From the NCBI GenBank assembly GCA_019058315.1, contig JAHPZH010000001.1, positions 32,001 to 96,000 of the forward strand: a stretch of DNA of 64,000 nt, written 5' to 3'. The DNA is from Candidatus Helarchaeota archaeon. Lineage in GTDB: Archaea; Asgardarchaeota; Lokiarchaeia; Helarchaeales; RDOG01. This document shows, piece after piece, positions 59,593 through 64,000 of this stretch. Positions within the stretch are counted from its first letter, which is position 1. Each line of letters begins with the position of its first letter. Position numbers and translations under genes: made by a program. The notes beneath the pieces were generated by a model. It was not told the DNA's origin and ran no database searches. It worked only from the letters and a program-made list of their open reading frames with translations.

Positions 59593-62022
59593 ATGAAAAT
59601 TAAAAATTATTTATTTTTTACTATTATTCTAATTTCTTGTGTAGCACTTTCAAGTACACTACTCGATTCCCAAGTAACAATTCCAATTGAGACTATTTCA
59701 ACGATTAAAAAGCAAAATAAATTATTGGATATAAATGCGATACTTGATAATATTACAGGAGAATGTAATGCAAGAATTTCTAATCTCTATCATTATGAGA
59801 ATACCACATTTTCCCAATTCAATAATACAGATAATTTTACTGTAACTTATCCAGCAAATGGATCTTATCCGACAATAGATTTTGGTAATTTGACTCTTTC
59901 AAAATTATCCTTATTAACTATAGCAATGACTGATACTTTTGTGGAGAAACCAGTAGCTAATAACAGTTCAAGGGCAAAAAATGGAACTGAATTTTATAAT
60001 GCATATCAACTTGCCCAAAATTTTTCTATTAATGAAACATCTCAAGTAAGCAATTTCCATTTATATGTAAAATATCGAAATCTTGGAGCAGTCCTTCCTG
60101 GTATAGCTGGAATTGTGTTTGCTAATATTTATAGAGAAGAAGATTTTAATGGAACTGATTTTGAAGGTGACCCAGTAAATACATATGAGTTATACGGAGG
60201 TCTAGCCGATGGTGGAGGGGCGTGGCTCGAAGGTTGGCTACCAATCGAATTCAACAGTCTATTAGTAAAAGGTAATTATTTTCTAGTAACCTATGTTCAA
60301 AGTTTGAGTATAATTCTTAGCCCTAATAATAACAGTTGGCAAATTCAAAATTATTCAATCCCCTTTCAAGATAAAGGAGTAAGTATGTTTCAAAATGGTA
60401 CTGGACATTGGAATAATATTTCGGAAGATGGGAATGCAGATTTTTTACTAACATTAGAAATTGCTCCATATATTGATCCGAGAAAATGGAATTTAACTTG
60501 TTATGTAGATAATCAAAAACTAGATCTTATTCATTATGAAGAGCCAAATCCCCGTTTTCTAAAATTTCCTTGGACAAGTTACGTCGATTATTATCTTCCT
60601 TCTATTCCAAACCAAGATATTAATGTGACTTTTACAACAAACCAAACTTTAGGTTGGGTAGTAGTTGGTGCTACATATAGATATATAAATTCTGTAGAAG
60701 CTAATGGAACTTTTATAGCTAATTTGAAAAGCCGTAAGTGGGTTATAAATTATACTTCAGTAAATTCGACTGCTGAAGTATTTCCAATATTTACTTTCCC
60801 CTCTGATTGGACAATCAACAAATTCTATAATAGATTTTATCAGGAAATTATAGAATATGGGATTATGTATTCGAGTATTTATAATGAAACACTTAATGGT
60901 CTTTATTATCCTGAAACAGGGGATGGGGAGACAACATTTAACTTTTCGGCAATATTTACTTCCCATAATTATGTAAGTAGTATTAACCCCCAGCTCCGTT
61001 CTGGAGTTAACTTTAAGAACCAATTCAATTTTAAAGAAGGAGATACAATAAGATTACAAGCTATAATACAAGATTCTATAGAAAATCCCGCCTCGGGTGG
61101 AAATTGCAGTTTTTATATATTTAATCCCTCAAATAATTCAATATATTTTGAAAATACAACTGCAATTAATGGTATAGCCAACTCGAATAATATATCAACT
61201 TCTGGTTGGGATATAGGCGATTATGTTATTGTAACTACATGGACAAATGGGTCTGAAATAGGCTTTAGCTCATTTACATTTTCACTACAAGAGGAAAAAG
61301 TACCTTTAATTCCACCCCTTTTCGCAACACCAGAACCTATATGGTTGTATATTATTACTACTGCTTTAGTTGTGTCAATGGTAATGGTGGGAGGTCTAAT
61401 AGTAAGACGTAAATTACAAGAGAGAAATTGGGAAAAATCTCTTCTACACTTATTCATAATGGCAAAGGATGGGAGATCGATGTATAATTATCCATTTGGG
61501 CTTGTAACTAAAGATCCAACTTTAATTTCTGGTATGCTAACCGCTATGACAAGTTTTGTGAAAGAAACTGTCGGAAGTAAAAAACAATTAAGAACAATTG
61601 ATCAACAAGATAAAAAAGTTATACTTGGGCATGGGGCTGTATCCACCGTAGCTGTGTTTGCTGAAAAGGATATATCTATTATCCATAATAAAACTGATGA
61701 GTTTCTAGAAGCATTTGAAAGAACGTATGGCTTCAAGATAGAACACTGGGATGGATCAACTGAGGTGTTTAAAGGAGTAAATAAATTAGTGGAGAAATAT
61801 TTTCCAGTTTCTGTTGAATCCAAAATTATCCAAGGCGTAAGTAGAGAGTTACTTGAATTGAAAGAACGTATAATGTCTACTAATGATCCTAATGAAATTC
61901 TTTCTTTACTACAAGAATTCGCAAGCTTAGCTGAAAGATACCAAGATGTCATAAGAGAACATTTTAATAAAGAATATGGAGAAATTTTAAAAATTGCTAA
62001 TAAAAAAATTCAAAATCAGTAA
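59593..62022 (+). CDS. Type-I membrane protein: signal peptide, glycosylated ectodomain, TM, cytoplasmic longin/roadblock-like domain
   Basis: C-terminal LLHLFIM.KDGR.MY.YPF....DPTLISGML.A.TSFVKET....LRTID. ATG 59593 follows GAGG (track 59557). Confidence 0.8.
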   Translation: MKIKNYLFFTIILISCVALSSTLLDSQVTIPIETISTIKKQNKLLDINAILDNITGECNARISNLYHYENTTFSQFNNTDNFTVTYPANGSYPTIDFGNLTLSKLSLLTIAMTDTFVEKPVANNSSRAKNGTEFYNAYQLAQNFSINETSQVSNFHLYVKYRNLGAVLPGIAGIVFANIYREEDFNGTDFEGDPVNTYELYGGLADGGGAWLEGWLPIEFNSLLVKGNYFLVTYVQSLSIILSPNNNSWQIQNYSIPFQDKGVSMFQNGTGHWNNISEDGNADFLLTLEIAPYIDPRKWNLTCYVDNQKLDLIHYEEPNPRFLKFPWTSYVDYYLPSIPNQDINVTFTTNQTLGWVVVGATYRYINSVEANGTFIANLKSRKWVINYTSVNSTAEVFPIFTFPSDWTINKFYNRFYQEIIEYGIMYSSIYNETLNGLYYPETGDGETTFNFSAIFTSHNYVSSINPQLRSGVNFKNQFNFKEGDTIRLQAIIQDSIENPASGGNCSFYIFNPSNNSIYFENTTAINGIANSNNISTSGWDIGDYVIVTTWTNGSEIGFSSFTFSLQEEKVPLIPPLFATPEPIWLYIITTALVVSMVMVGGLIVRRKLQERNWEKSLLHLFIMAKDGRSMYNYPFGLVTKDPTLISGMLTAMTSFVKETVGSKKQLRTIDQQDKKVILGHGAVSTVAVFAEKDISIIHNKTDEFLEAFERTYGFKIEHWDGSTEVFKGVNKLVEKYFPVSVESKIIQGVSRELLELKERIMSTNDPNEILSLLQEFASLAERYQDVIREHFNKEYGEILKIANKKIQNQ

Positions 62023-62052
62023 TGTTCCATATTTCTTTATGGGGTAAAAATT

Positions 62053-64000
62053 ATGAGAAGAAAAAAAACCGTTTTTTGCTTTATATTATCAATATTTTTT
62101 GTTATTTGTTTCAATTCATTATTGATTTCACAAACTATTGACTTATCTAAATTTGTTCGAATATCTGATAACCCTAATCAATTTTTAAAAATTAGCGCAA
62201 TTCTCAATAACATTACAGGCAATTGCACTTCAGAAATCTATAATTTACATGGTTTTGAAAATAATTCAATAGAAGGGTTCAACAATCCTATGAATTATAC
62301 AAAAATGGTACCAGCTAATATAACGTTACCTAATTTTAACCATAGTTTAACTACTTCAAAATTTGAGTTTACTATAACCGCTATGACAGATCCTTTTACA
62401 ACTTATAGCATAGCAAACGATACCTCAAATGCCATGAATGCAACTGATGAAAATAATGCATACATGCTTGCTCAAAACTTTTCTATAGTTGAGCCTTCTC
62501 ATATTGATTATATCTATCTATATCTAAATTATACAAGTTGGCTCCCTATAATTTGGGCTGGAATTGTAACTGTGTATATTTATAAAAGTGATCTGATTAC
62601 CCCTGTTAATGAATATGGTATGTCAATTTTCTTACCAAATAGTGGAGGTTTTGGAAATTGGACCGCAGAATGGTTCAATGTTAGATTTAACAATATCTTA
62701 CCAATAGGAAACTATTATTTAGTAATGTATACATCAAGTACAAGTATTAGGGCACCAAATAATAATAGCTGGCAAATTCAAAATTATACAAACCCAGATG
62801 ATGATAAAGGGGCAACCTTAACAAAATATGGCAATGGTTCATGGATCCCAATTGAAAATGATGGTCATGCGGATTTCTTATTAATGATGAATAAATCTAC
62901 ATATGTTAGTCCTTATGATGTTAATCTATCTATTTATGTTAATAATGATAAATTAAATTTAAATCATTATTATGAAGAAAATCCAACCTTTCTCAGATTT
63001 CCTTGGATAAGTAATGGGATATACTACATCCCTGCTGTTCCTACTAGTGATATCAACATAACAATTACGGTTGATCAAATTTTAGGATGGGGAGCAGTTA
63101 TTACTACTACTAGATATGTCAAATTCTTACCAGCAGCCGGGAATTTTACAGCTTCGTTGGATAGTAGAAAGTGGTCTGTAAATTACACATCAATAAATTC
63201 TACTACTGCATTCCTTCCAGTATTTATCTTTCCTATAGACTGGTCTATTGATAAATTTTATAATAGATTTGGTCAGGAAGTAATAGAATATGGGATAATG
63301 TACTCGAAAGTTTATAATAAAACTTATAACGGTATTTATTATCCAGAAACTGGAGATGGCGAAACTACATATAATTTTAGTGCCGAATTCACTTCTCTCA
63401 ATTATGTAAGTAATATATTTCCTCAAATTTATAATGGAACTGGTTTCCAGACTCAATTCAGTTTTTATAAAGGAGATACAATAAGATTCCAAGCAAATAT
63501 TCAAGATTCAGAAGGTAATTCGGCTATAAATGGAAATTGTACATTTTATCTTTATAATCCCTCAAATAATCTAGAATATTCAGAAAATATTACGGTCGTG
63601 AATGGTATTGCTAATTCAGATAATCTAACTAATTTACCTAGAGGCGAATATTTAATAATTGTAACTTGGACAAATGGCTCTCAAGTTGGTTTTAATTCAT
63701 TCACATTTACAATTTCAACAGAAAAAGAATTTTATCCCTTTATCCCCCCTGCTCAACCAGAACCGATATGGTTATATATTATAACTACAGCTTTAATAGT
63801 TCTAACCGTCATGATTGGAGGTCTGATAGCTAGACGTAAATTACAAGAAAGGAACTGGGAAAAATCCTTACTGCATTTATTTATAATGAATAAAGATGGT
63901 CGAGCAATGTATGATTATCCTTTTGGGATAGAGCAAAAAGATCCAACTCTAATATCTGGTATGCTTACAGCTTTAACAAGTTTTATAAAAGAAACTGTTG
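62053..64000 (+). CDS. Paralogue of the 59593-62022 membrane protein; 3'-partial
   Basis: ATG 62053 follows GGGGT; frame runs to the window end with LQERNWEKSLLHLFIMNKDGRAMYDYPFGIEQKDPTLISGMLTALTSFIKETV. Not listed in the track because it has no stop. Confidence 0.85.
   Translation, partial: MRRKKTVFCFILSIFFVICFNSLLISQTIDLSKFVRISDNPNQFLKISAILNNITGNCTSEIYNLHGFENNSIEGFNNPMNYTKMVPANITLPNFNHSLTTSKFEFTITAMTDPFTTYSIANDTSNAMNATDENNAYMLAQNFSIVEPSHIDYIYLYLNYTSWLPIIWAGIVTVYIYKSDLITPVNEYGMSIFLPNSGGFGNWTAEWFNVRFNNILPIGNYYLVMYTSSTSIRAPNNNSWQIQNYTNPDDDKGATLTKYGNGSWIPIENDGHADFLLMMNKSTYVSPYDVNLSIYVNNDKLNLNHYYEENPTFLRFPWISNGIYYIPAVPTSDINITITVDQILGWGAVITTTRYVKFLPAAGNFTASLDSRKWSVNYTSINSTTAFLPVFIFPIDWSIDKFYNRFGQEVIEYGIMYSKVYNKTYNGIYYPETGDGETTYNFSAEFTSLNYVSNIFPQIYNGTGFQTQFSFYKGDTIRFQANIQDSEGNSAINGNCTFYLYNPSNNLEYSENITVVNGIANSDNLTNLPRGEYLIIVTWTNGSQVGFNSFTFTISTEKEFYPFIPPAQPEPIWLYIITTALIVLTVMIGGLIARRKLQERNWEKSLLHLFIMNKDGRAMYDYPFGIEQKDPTLISGMLTALTSFIKETV

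Noticed and set aside
796-63504. Many short antisense or overlapping ORFs in the track (e.g. 7239-7556, 11302-11571, 31001-31426, 63190-63504)
   Set aside because: They are shadows of well-supported genes on the opposite strand and carry no motifs.

Overview
AT-rich archaeal DNA, very probably an Asgard archaeon (Lokiarchaeia/Helarchaeales-like). That assignment rests on archaeal CdhA, Hdr/Mvh, many TTG starts, GGTGA/GGAGG Shine-Dalgarno motifs, and eukaryotic-signature-type proteins (Rag/Arf-like GTPase, longin-like domains, Yip1, LRR). Most of the window is anaerobic energy and C1 metabolism: three HdrA paralogues with three MvhD modules, MetV/MetF, HdrCBA-MvhD-Flx-like genes, HdrD-like, MvhG-like, CdhA, a corrinoid protein with a UroD-family methyltransferase, and metal-cluster maturation genes. 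Four observations stand out. (1) Three tandem ~220-aa paralogues (6952-9410) have the helical pattern of BAR domains (FAM92/SNX-BAR/Pil1-like) and are a candidate archaeal membrane-curvature system. (2) An hdrA that the ORF track splits is one gene with two in-frame TGA codons at conserved Cys positions. A compact eukaryote-type SECIS-like hairpin follows it, and its AUGA core is the gene's own stop codon. (3) A repeated palindrome GTT(T/G)C-N5-GA(A/T)AC lies upstream of the CODH and metallochaperone genes. (4) There are receptor-like membrane proteins with cytoplasmic longin-like domains and a 14-blade plus 5-Ig surface protein. No rRNA, tRNA, CRISPR array or intact mobile element was seen. 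All family calls come from motif recognition, not database searches.
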